The position numbers and the translations under genes are program-made. 40,000 bases of DNA from Bacillus sp. JJ722 (GTDB lineage Bacteria > Bacillota > Bacilli > Bacillales > DSM-1321). Numbering within the stretch: the first letter of the stretch is position 1; each line of letters opens with the position of its first letter. Where the stretch lies: assembly GCF_036963345.1 (NCBI RefSeq), contig NZ_JBALMO010000018.1, positions 1,019 to 41,018 of the forward strand, written 5' to 3'. Shown here one piece after another: positions 9,467 through 16,993 of the stretch. The notes under the pieces were generated by a model. That model was not told the origin of the DNA, made no database searches, and worked only from the letters and a program-made list of their open reading frames with translations.

Positions 9467-9886
9467 TTAATCATTAAAATGATTTACGTGATACGTATTG
9501 CGACGCTCTCTCTCTTTTATTTCTTCTTTTCGTTTTTCTTCGGCTTCGAAAGATTTTAACTCTTTAACCATAGCTTCTTTACAGTCGGGACATAATTGAC
9601 CTTCTCTAGTTAATCCTCCACACTTTTCACATTTATAACGAAGGTTTGGATAAAGTGAAGGCTTTAATCTGCCTTGTTTAATAAACTTCAACATTAGCTT
9701 TTCTTCAACAGCTGTATCTTCAATTACTTGTTCGATCGTTGCTGTCCGATTCTCTCTCTTCTTAATATATTGATAAACCATTTCGAAGATTTTTTCCTCT
9801 TCTTTAAAACATTGATTACAAACATCTCGAAATTTTGACTTAGAAAATATAGCGGAACAATTAGGGCAGTTCGCAATTTCCCCCAT
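9467..9886 (-). CDS. YvyF-family flagellar operon zinc-ribbon protein, tandem paralogue (copy 2)
   Basis: 139 aa and roughly 55-60 percent identical to copy 1 by eye (MGEIANCPNCSAIFSKSKFRDVCNQCFKEEE... versus MGDISNCPNCNGIFLRTKFRDVCDKCFKEEE...). All four Cys pairs are retained. Confidence 0.75.
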   Translation of the reverse strand: MGEIANCPNCSAIFSKSKFRDVCNQCFKEEEKIFEMVYQYIKKRENRTATIEQVIEDTAVEEKLMLKFIKQGRLKPSLYPNLRYKCEKCGGLTREGQLCPDCKEAMVKELKSFEAEEKRKEEIKERERRNTYHVNHFND

Positions 9887-9987
9887 AGAAATCCCCTCTT
9901 TCGGAAAAATTCACTATATGCCTGATGATGGTGTTATCGGTTTTTACTTCTATAGAATAATGATAGATGTTGAACTCATATACTATT

Positions 9988-10707
9988 TTATCTCGCAACT
10001 GTGACAGAAGACACATAATTTGCTCCTGCGCTTCGTAGTGTTTTTGACGCATGGCGTAATGTAGATCCCGTAGTATATATATCGTCTACTAGGAATATAT
10101 TTTTATCTTTTACATTCACTGCCTGTTGCAGTTGAAAGATATTGTCTAAATCCATTCTTTCCTTTCTAGACTTTTTAGATTGTTTTTCTGTATGAATACG
10201 AACTAGTAAATTAGTAGGTTTAAGCATAGCTTTCCTAATTAAAGCTTCACTTTGATTAAAGCCTCTTTCCAATAGCCGTTCTTCACTTAAAGGTATTGGC
10301 ACAATATAATCAACCTTAGATTTAGATAGTGCTATTTTGATATCTTTCGCAAAAAGATCGGCAATGGCATAATCACCACGGTATTTGTAACGAGCCATAA
10401 GATTTTTTAGAAAGGTATCATATTTATAGAAAGATATATTATGATCGAGCGTGTTTGCCCAACTGTCTTGTTGCTCCCAACGAAAACAATCATGACAGAC
10501 TGTTCCATGGATATAGTCTTCTTTTAATTCCTCTAACATTCTTGAGCATTTCGTACAACGGGGACCTATTAATGGAAGAAACTGATGTCTGCATTGTTCG
10601 CAAACATGAATATGGTCTTGTTTGAGCGAAAGCGACATCCATGAATACGTCAGTGGACTTACACTTTGACAAAGCCAGCAAACTTGTTTGGCAAATAAAT
10701 TAATCAT
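9988..10707 (-). CDS. comFC: competence protein ComFC (ComF family, phosphoribosyltransferase fold)
   Basis: 239 aa with N-terminal Cys-rich zinc fingers (CWLC, CEQC, CTKC, CHDC) and the PRTase motif IFLVDDIYTTGSTL. It overlaps the comFA stop by 8 nt. Confidence 0.85.
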   Translation of the reverse strand: MINLFAKQVCWLCQSVSPLTYSWMSLSLKQDHIHVCEQCRHQFLPLIGPRCTKCSRMLEELKEDYIHGTVCHDCFRWEQQDSWANTLDHNISFYKYDTFLKNLMARYKYRGDYAIADLFAKDIKIALSKSKVDYIVPIPLSEERLLERGFNQSEALIRKAMLKPTNLLVRIHTEKQSKKSRKERMDLDNIFQLQQAVNVKDKNIFLVDDIYTTGSTLRHASKTLRSAGANYVSSVTVAR

Positions 10708-11725
10708 CTATTAACCCTCGCTCTCTAGCTTCTTTGTTCATATTTTGAATTTGTTTAACTGCTTTTAGCATTTCTCTTGTTTTTCCATAGTGAAAAAAGA
10801 TAACATCTCCACTTGGATGAGTAGCACTTCTTCCTACTCTGCCTGCTATTTGTACGAGAGCACTTTCTGTAAAGATATCTTCTTCCGCTCCAACAACAGC
10901 TACATCTAATTTAGGAATCGTTATGCCTCTTTCTAAAATAGTTGTTGTAAGCAAACCTAATATCTTTCCTTCACGCAGCCTGCTAACTTTTTCTTTCCGT
11001 TCAACATCTTCTGCATACACGGCTACTATTTCTTTGTAATGATCTTGAAAGAAAACTACGTATTGATTCATCAATTCGATATTGGGGAAGAAAATGAGGA
11101 AAGGAGTTTTACTTTGAAGTTTTTGAAGAAACCAGTTAAGTACGGGAGCGGGGATCTTTCCTTTTGAGAACGACTTTATCCAGTTACCACACCATTTTAA
11201 TTGCGGTACTGGGATTGAATGACGATGAAACCGAGCAGGAATTGTAACAAAAGGGAGTTTATTGGTCTTCATTGCTTGCTTCATATCCTTTGATGGTGTA
11301 GCTGTTAAATAAATGAGGGAGGATTGTTCTTTTCTAGATTTTTGGACAGCATATTGAAGAGTGCGATCAACCGAAAATGGAAAAGCGTCAACTTCGTCAA
11401 TAATCAATGTATCAAATGCTTTGTAATATCTTAATAATTGATGTGTTGTACTAATGACAAGTTGCGCACAAACACTTTTATCTTCACTACCTCCGAACAA
11501 AGCAGCTATTGTTGTGTTTGGAAAAGCTCGTTTCAAGCGTGGCGTAAGTTCTAATACGACATCCGTTCTTGGCGTTGCAATGCAAACTCGATTACCTTTG
11601 GCAAGCGCAACTGCTATACCTTCAAAAAGCACCTCCGTTTTACCAGCTCCGCAAGTGACTGAATATGAATACATAAATCTCAAAACAACAAAAGAGCACA
11701 ACGTGTATAAGTGATGGTGACACAT
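10700..11725 (-). pseudogene. comFA: comFA (late competence DEAD-box helicase/ATPase), 5'-truncated at the prophage junction
   Basis: It retains Walker A (VTCGAGKTE), IATPRTDVVLEL, the DEAD-like IIDEVDAF, LTATP and QIAGRVGR through to the C-terminus. B. subtilis ComFA is about 460 aa, so the N-terminal ~140 aa are missing. The first 22 aa (MCHHHLYTLCSFVVLRFMYSYS) are not ComFA-like. There is an in-frame TAG at 11741..11743. Phage accessory genes start about 140 nt further on. Confidence 0.75.
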
Positions 11726-11803
11726 CCTTATACCGTCCGCCTATCCTAACTAGGCAAACACTTGCTGTACTCATGTGATTATTTTACATGATGTACGTTT
11801 CTT

Positions 11804-11843
11804 AAGCAATGTTTGTCAATAAGGCAGCATTGCTTTTTTGTTT
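11804..11843 (+). terminator. terminator-like hairpin at the host/prophage boundary, just upstream of the first plus-strand accessory gene
   Basis: A perfect 8-bp inverted repeat AAGCAATG (11804..11811) / CATTGCTT (11828..11835) with a 16-nt loop, followed by TTTTGTTT. Confidence 0.4.
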
Positions 11844-11862
11844 CCACAAGGAGACGGAGATT

Positions 11863-12702
11863 ATGAAGAAGCGTATAGATGTAATTGCTGGAGAAATAGC
11901 ATATAAAAACTTATCAACATTTACTGAACTAGAAGATTTAAATAAAACAGTTAGAGCATACAGAGACGTTATCAGTACGTCTATTAAGCGTGTAGATGTA
12001 CAAGCTAGACTAATTACATTACTTGAGCTATTAAAGCGCCATAGCTGTAAGCAAATCGGTGTAAGCTACATGTGTAAAAATACGATTGCTGACAAGTTGG
12101 AAGTGTCTTATAAAACTGTCCAACGTTTAATGAAGAAATTAGAAGACTTAGGTATGATCCGTCAGATTGCAATGAAAAGAAACACTAATATGAGACAAAC
12201 AGCTAATGCTATTCAAATTCAACCTATTAATAAGGAAATGTCCGACAAGACCCCTACTAAAAAGGATGATAAGTGTCCTACCAAATATAAAACAACTACT
12301 ACTTTAAAACAAAAGATTAAAAACATACGTAAAGTAGAAGTATCAGCTATTAGCGAAAATAGTAATAACCAACAAGAAAGTAACACTATCGAATTTTATG
12401 ATTACACGTATGTATCATCAAACATTCCAAATGTATTTATTGATTCTGTAAGACCTTTCTTTAATGATGCTAGTGAAATATATAGACTATGGAGTCGTTT
12501 AAAATTAGCTGCTAAGAAATCAAAAGTAAATACTCTGGATCATGTGGATGGCTTTATTAAATCGTTTAAAGAAGCTGTATTAAACTATAAGCAAAATAAG
12601 GTTCGTAAGGATATTGTGGGCTACATTTATGGTGCATGGAGAAATACTGCATCTGAGTTGGCCAGAAAGCAAAATGGAATTTATAATTGGTTGGAAAATT
12701 AA
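11863..12702 (+). CDS. winged-helix DNA-binding protein (HTH_36 / plasmid-phage Rep-like), prophage accessory gene
   Basis: The start is set at ATG 11863 (AAGGAGACGGAG RBS), giving 279 aa. The segment ARLITLLELLKRHSCKQIGVSYMCKNTIADKLEVSYKTVQRLMKKLEDLGMIRQ fits the HTH_36 wHTH pattern. It has a Lys/Thr-rich linker and a helical C-terminal domain. The functional assignment is tentative. Confidence 0.5.
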   Translation: MKKRIDVIAGEIAYKNLSTFTELEDLNKTVRAYRDVISTSIKRVDVQARLITLLELLKRHSCKQIGVSYMCKNTIADKLEVSYKTVQRLMKKLEDLGMIRQIAMKRNTNMRQTANAIQIQPINKEMSDKTPTKKDDKCPTKYKTTTTLKQKIKNIRKVEVSAISENSNNQQESNTIEFYDYTYVSSNIPNVFIDSVRPFFNDASEIYRLWSRLKLAAKKSKVNTLDHVDGFIKSFKEAVLNYKQNKVRKDIVGYIYGAWRNTASELARKQNGIYNWLEN

Positions 12703-12808
12703 TCAAAGGATATAAGACTAGATTCAAAGCCATCTTAGATTAAAATCCCATAATGTAGTATATTTGTAGTGTTTGGAATTATTTATAAAAGTAACTGGAG
12801 GACTAATT

Positions 12809-13579
12809 ATGGGATTTTTTGATTTGAAAGTAGTATGTGGCGTTTGTGATAGTGATGTAGGTTTAAATCGATTCAAAATAAAACAATCTAAAGCTTGGAT
12901 TTGCCCAACTTGCCTTGAAAAAGCTGGTGGAATGACTAAAATAAACGTAGCTAAAGTAACAATTGAAGAAATCAAAGCTATAATTGATGAAAAAAATGCA
13001 AGACATAGTGATGATCCAATGTCCACTGCTATAGGTATGTATCAATTTTGTATAGATAATAAATTTGGCTCTGGTTTTAATGAAAAATGGGGAATAAAAC
13101 ACTTTGGTATTATCGAAAAGAACTTGATTAAAGATGAAAAAGTTCTAATGACTTTTATTGGCTTACATAATTATAAATCCGCAACAAAACATGATAGTAA
13201 TTACGCTTATGCTATCTCCAATAAACGCATTATGTTCGCTCAAAAAGCTTTGACTGGTGAAAAGTTTAAAGCAGTAGCTCACGAAAAAATTAATGATATA
13301 ACATTTGAAACAGGGTTAGTATTTGGTGTCCTGACTATCGACACCCCACAAGAAAAATTTAATATTGCTTTAGATAAAGTGTCAGCAGCATCAATTAATA
13401 ATAACATTCATCAAGTGCTGGATGAATTAAAGAATAGTTCTAGTGAACCTCAACTACAAGTAGTACAAGCTACTACATCTGCAGCCGACGAACTGAAAAA
13501 ATTTAAAGAATTATTGGATATGGGCGTTCTCACAGAAGAAGAATTTAACGCCAAAAAGAAACAGTTGTTAGGTTTGTAA
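12809..13579 (+). CDS. zinc-ribbon (DUF4428-like) / bacterial PH (YokE-like) / SHOCT three-domain protein, prophage accessory gene
   Basis: The start is set at ATG 12809 (GGAGGA RBS), giving 256 aa. The N-terminus has CGVC...CPTC. The central part LIKDEKVLMTF...YAISNKRIMFAQK...INDITFETGLVFGVLTI resembles bPH_3/YokE. The C-terminus ELKKFKELLDMGVLTEEEFNAKKKQLLGL is a textbook SHOCT motif. Confidence 0.6.
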   Translation: MGFFDLKVVCGVCDSDVGLNRFKIKQSKAWICPTCLEKAGGMTKINVAKVTIEEIKAIIDEKNARHSDDPMSTAIGMYQFCIDNKFGSGFNEKWGIKHFGIIEKNLIKDEKVLMTFIGLHNYKSATKHDSNYAYAISNKRIMFAQKALTGEKFKAVAHEKINDITFETGLVFGVLTIDTPQEKFNIALDKVSAASINNNIHQVLDELKNSSSEPQLQVVQATTSAADELKKFKELLDMGVLTEEEFNAKKKQLLGL

Positions 13580-13581
13580 TC

Positions 13582-13614
13582 AAAAAAAATAAGCCCATCC
13601 AAATGGACGGGCTT
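13582..13614. terminator. bidirectional intrinsic terminator between the convergent accessory gene and endolysin
   Basis: Stem AAGCCCATCC/GGACGGGCTT (13591..13614). On the minus strand the single mismatch becomes a G-U pair and a U8 run follows (A8 at 13582..13589). Confidence 0.7.
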
Positions 13615-13688
13615 TCACTAAGTTGTCTCACGATTTGATAAGTAGGAGAACATTATATATTATGTCCTGTCTCCTTTAATTTATGCAT

Positions 13689-14324
13689 TTATTTGCCAAC
13701 TATTAATCCACGTTCAATAGCAACGTAAACCAAACCAATAGCATTATCAAGTGATAATTCACCTTTAAGGAGCTTTTCACGATGAACTGGACTAATTCCA
13801 TTCTCCTTTCCCTCTAAGCGCTTAAGAACGATTGCTGTGGAATTTAACATATCATTACTTGGTTTGTACATGCGGATTCCTTCTTTCTCATTAGGTTTTT
13901 TATTTGTTTTAGATGTATCATTAGCAACAGGCTTATAATTACTTGGTACTTTCCAATTTGAACTGACCTGGAAGTGTGGCATATCAGGAGTATCCCAATC
14001 ACCGCCCCATGTAATTCCTAATTGCTTTGCGATTGCTCCAGCCTTTTTTAATGTCGCAGTATCATACAGATTCTTTGGTGGGTTAACAGCAATATCCCAC
14101 GCCATACGCCCTGTGTGATTAGAATTTCTAGTCCATGTTACCTTTTGGCCTGGACGTGTTCGACCTTGTTCATATAAGTAGTTTTGTCTTGCTTGTGATC
14201 GGTACGTTTCAGTGATAAATACATCTAATCCAGCTTTCTTACATTCTTCTAAGAACAACAAACAAGCCTGCTTTGCAACAGGCTTTAACTCGTTAACATC
14301 TCTACATGCTTTTGTAACACTCAT
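13689..14324 (-). CDS. endolysin, peptidase M15 (VanY / L-alanyl-D-glutamate endopeptidase type) with an unassigned C-terminal domain
   Basis: 211 aa. SNHTGRMAWDI and WGGDWDTPDMPHFQ match the LAS/M15 zinc-ligand motifs seen in Ply500 and CwlK. It lies directly after the holin with an overlapping stop/start. Confidence 0.85.
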   Translation of the reverse strand: MSVTKACRDVNELKPVAKQACLLFLEECKKAGLDVFITETYRSQARQNYLYEQGRTRPGQKVTWTRNSNHTGRMAWDIAVNPPKNLYDTATLKKAGAIAKQLGITWGGDWDTPDMPHFQVSSNWKVPSNYKPVANDTSKTNKKPNEKEGIRMYKPSNDMLNSTAIVLKRLEGKENGISPVHREKLLKGELSLDNAIGLVYVAIERGLIVGK

Positions 14325-14581
14325 TATTTATCCCCCTTTGGTTCTTTGTATTCCAAAGCTTGTACACTATCTGACACTGAACTCGTAGTCGGATCTACAA
14401 CAACCCCTAGTAAAACTAAAATAGCAAGCACCGTATTAAATAAATCCGTTACTTGCTCGTTGTAAATCGTTGTATCAACTCCAAAAAAAGAAGCTACCTG
14501 TTGAACAAGTAGCAGCAATAAAGAAAACAACGCCACAAGAAATGTCTTATTTTTAAATCGTACTTTCCAGTTGATTTTCAT
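14324..14581 (-). CDS. holin (phi-LC3 / LL-H-like family)
   Basis: 85 aa. MKINWKVRFKNKTFLVALFSLLLLL...VLLGVVVDPTTSSVSDSVQALEYKEP has two TM segments and the family-typical N- and C-termini. It has an AGGAGG RBS. Confidence 0.8.
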   Translation of the reverse strand: MKINWKVRFKNKTFLVALFSLLLLLVQQVASFFGVDTTIYNEQVTDLFNTVLAILVLLGVVVDPTTSSVSDSVQALEYKEPKGDK

Positions 14582-14583
14582 AA

Positions 14584-14856
14584 TTATACTCCTCCTTTAG
14601 TGATCCAAAATGTAACTGCAGTAAACACCAAACCAACTACACCAATAATGATTGCTGATAAAAAATACCCTCGTATCTTATCCGAATTTTGTTCCATTTT
14701 CCCAACTGATTTTTCGATTTGTTTAACGGATGAAGCCGTATCGTAAACAATTGGTTTAATAGTTCGCATATCATTTTCAACATCTGCTATACGTCTATCA
14801 TGGTCCGCGATCTTAACTGCTTGCTGGAATGCACTTAATTCTTTTTCTTCAGCCAT
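14584..14856 (-). CDS. XhlA-family membrane protein (lysis accessory)
   Basis: The start is set at ATG 14856 (GGGAG RBS), giving MAEEKELSAFQQAV...DHDRRIADVENDM... with a coiled N-terminus and a single C-terminal TM (YFLSAIIIGVVGLVFTAVTFW), like PBSX XhlA. Confidence 0.7.
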   Translation of the reverse strand: MAEEKELSAFQQAVKIADHDRRIADVENDMRTIKPIVYDTASSVKQIEKSVGKMEQNSDKIRGYFLSAIIIGVVGLVFTAVTFWITKGGV

Positions 14857-14906
14857 ATTCCCACGCTCCCTTAATTCTGGCCATAAAAAATACACCTTGT
14901 TAGGTG

Positions 14907-15047
14907 CTATTCAACATACTCAATTCCGGTAATTTCCTTATATTGTTCAGCTGTAATGTACTTTACTTTGACAAATAGCTTCATGTTTTCGTTATTATAA
15001 AAGCCCAATTCATAATACTCTTTGATAGATGGGAACCAATCAATCAT
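14907..15047 (-). CDS. XkdX-family small phage protein (below the ORF-track size cutoff)
   Basis: My translation gives MIDWFPSIKEYYELGFYNNENMKLFVKVKYITAEQYKEITGIEYVE (46 aa) with an AGGAGG RBS upstream. The W..IK.YY..G.Y....K.FV....IT.E.Y.EITG pattern matches the XkdX family. Confidence 0.7.
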   Translation of the reverse strand: MIDWFPSIKEYYELGFYNNENMKLFVKVKYITAEQYKEITGIEYVE

Positions 15048-15059
15048 ATGCAAACCTCC

Positions 15060-15263
15060 TTAAGAAATACCATTCTTAGCAAGTATTGAATTAATGTTCG
15101 CAATTTCTTGTGTTTTTGCTGCATCTTGCATTAATAACAATGCATTTTCTTGTTTTAAATCATAGATCGTTGTTGGTAGCATACCAATGTTTTGAAGATG
15201 CTCTGAAGCTTCTTCTCGTCTACGTTGGGCTTCTGAAACAGGCATTGGATTATACAGTTTCAT
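15060..15263 (-). CDS. hypothetical phage protein (XkdW position)
   Basis: A 67-aa ORF in the operon between the tail fibre and xkdX. No motif was recognised. Confidence 0.4.
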   Translation of the reverse strand: MKLYNPMPVSEAQRRREEASEHLQNIGMLPTTIYDLKQENALLLMQDAAKTQEIANINSILAKNGIS

Positions 15264-16717
15264 TAGTCAAATGCACCCCCAAAACCACTAATAATAACGT
15301 CACTTGTCGCTGTTCCTTTATCGGCTGTAAATCGAATGTTCACGCCCCATTGTTCTGCTGTTTTTTCCTTGTTTGCAAAAGAAAATCCTCGGTTTTGTTT
15401 TACATATTGAGTTAGGTCTTCCCAAGTAGGTTCAGCATCAAATGCATTGTTACAAGCTTCAACCTTTACTGTTGCTCCAGCTGGGATTGCCCAATCTGGA
15501 GATACGAGTATACGACTTGCAGATATATCCGTAACGAAAGGATTTTTCAATTTGATTTCAATCCTTGTTTCATTCCTTGAAAAAGTAAAAAGTCTAACAG
15601 TAGCCATTCCTTTACTGTCTTCGGCCGTAATAGTAAGATTATGTTCACCATTAGTAACCTGTAACCATTGATGGTGTGTAAGAGTCAGTATATAGTCAGT
15701 GTTAGGCTCTGCTGTAAATGTTTTAACGACTACACCATCCAATTTTTCTGTTACGGTTACACCATCACCATCTGGATCATTAACTCTATAGGTAACTGAA
15801 GGTGGACTATCTAATAACCCTAAATCATTTCCTTCAGCGATAATTTCAGGCGCCAGATTGTGTATAACGTTAAAGCTTCTTGTTTCTATTGCCGATTTTC
15901 CACCTTGATTATCTTCTGACCACACTTTTAAATAATGGGCTATGTCTTCTGATAAAACATCAGTAACGGCTATTTCTCCATCATGTAGTTTTTTACTTTT
16001 GAATGTTAATTCCTTATTAAATGGAATTACATCAGATCCAGTAGAAATTGCTGTTGCTAATGCTCTTATTTCTCCGTTATCCACTTGGTACATTACATTT
16101 ACAATGTTTCCACTATCAACATCTAAAGTTGAACCGTCAATCAAAAATGTATTGTTTTCGTGTAGTATCAGATTGTTTTCTGTTTTGAGTGTTAAAGTTG
16201 GAGCTTCATTTGTCGTATACTCTACTTCTAAGTAAGGTCTATATGCAATTGATGTTGCATTATCCGAATTTATACGAGCAGAACTGCCAGTTGTAGTTAA
16301 ACCTAATGATAGCGTACCTATTACTCCATTTTGTAGTCTATTTACATCCCATATACTTTTAATATCAAAAACAACCCACTTAGGCCCAATTTCGTTAGGA
16401 GCATAAACAGATTGAGTTACAAACGGACTGGATATACTCGGCTTTCTATACCATATAATATTTGAATCAAACGTTTGATCCAAAACATTACCTACTTTTA
16501 TAGTAACTTGGCTGGACTCTTCGACTCGTAAATGTAATCTCACAGATGACACTAACGCATTTTTAGGAATTTCTGATGTATCAAACCTCAAAAAAGACTC
16601 ATAAATACCAGCATGCACATATAAATATTTATCATCTGGATAACTACCACCAGGATAATCTTCCCAAACGTAAGTACCAACTTGAATTTTTGAATAATCT
16701 AATTTGGTTACCACCAT
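15263..16717 (-). CDS. tail fibre / receptor-binding protein (N-terminal DNRLRE-like beta-sandwich, then Ig-like repeats)
   Basis: 484 aa, the last large gene of the tail module. FLRFDTSEIPKNALVSSVRLHLRV resembles the DNRLRE/CBM-like domain pattern. The remainder is beta-rich. Confidence 0.55.
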   Translation of the reverse strand: MVVTKLDYSKIQVGTYVWEDYPGGSYPDDKYLYVHAGIYESFLRFDTSEIPKNALVSSVRLHLRVEESSQVTIKVGNVLDQTFDSNIIWYRKPSISSPFVTQSVYAPNEIGPKWVVFDIKSIWDVNRLQNGVIGTLSLGLTTTGSSARINSDNATSIAYRPYLEVEYTTNEAPTLTLKTENNLILHENNTFLIDGSTLDVDSGNIVNVMYQVDNGEIRALATAISTGSDVIPFNKELTFKSKKLHDGEIAVTDVLSEDIAHYLKVWSEDNQGGKSAIETRSFNVIHNLAPEIIAEGNDLGLLDSPPSVTYRVNDPDGDGVTVTEKLDGVVVKTFTAEPNTDYILTLTHHQWLQVTNGEHNLTITAEDSKGMATVRLFTFSRNETRIEIKLKNPFVTDISASRILVSPDWAIPAGATVKVEACNNAFDAEPTWEDLTQYVKQNRGFSFANKEKTAEQWGVNIRFTADKGTATSDVIISGFGGAFD

Positions 16718-16719
16718 TT

Positions 16720-16992
16720 CTATATCACCAACCTTCCATTTGCAGCATCATATATACCACGAGTTACGATAACATCGTTCAACGTAACAAGGTCTTCTAC
16801 AAACTGGTTATTAGGAAAGTTATTCGCGAATGAGTTTTCTAAGGCTGTCAGGCGTATATTCATCGAATTACTCAAGACTCTGTTTTCTGTTGATAAAAGG
16901 CTGTTATTTAAAATACCTTTTTCCCATCTGTTTATGTCATGTTCTGTTACGGGATCATCTGGTGTCCAATCTAGCTTTGCTTGATATGGCAA
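16720..16992 (-). CDS. short tail-fibre-associated protein
   Basis: 90 aa. LDWTPDDPVTEHDINRWEKGI is the W..DD.VT..D.NR.E motif common at the N-termini of Firmicute phage tail fibres. Confidence 0.45.
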   Translation of the reverse strand: MPYQAKLDWTPDDPVTEHDINRWEKGILNNSLLSTENRVLSNSMNIRLTALENSFANNFPNNQFVEDLVTLNDVIVTRGIYDAANGRLVI

Positions 16993-16993
16993 A

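Noticed and set aside
9887-9987. A possible sigma-D promoter upstream of yvyF copy 2 (ACCGATAA box)
   Set aside because: The -10-like box has no TAAA at the required 15-nt spacing; the sequence there is TTAT. It is probably transcribed by read-through from comF or from an unrecognised sigma-A promoter.
9861-10681. Track ORFs 9861..10052 and 10490..10681 (-), overlapping comFC
   Set aside because: They are out-of-frame overlaps with a well-supported gene and have no independent signals.
11809-12808. Longer N-terminal extensions offered by the ORF track for several genes (11809, 12773, 14895, 23634, 26426, 26622, 28549, 8575)
   Set aside because: In each case an internal start codon has a properly spaced Shine-Dalgarno sequence. 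The extension also overlaps the upstream gene or lacks an RBS. The trimmed coordinates are used in the feature list.
12724-13102. Minus-strand track ORFs 12724..13026 and 12863..13102, antisense to the Zn-ribbon/PH/SHOCT gene
   Set aside because: Their translations are hydrophobic and low-complexity, and they have no RBS. They overlap a plus-strand ORF that has clear domain structure and a strong RBS.
11726-13688. A search for an integrase, repressor or att direct repeat at this prophage end
   Set aside because: No tyrosine or serine recombinase motifs appear in any frame here. The lysogeny module is presumably at the other end, beyond 40000. The att core cannot be defined from one junction alone.
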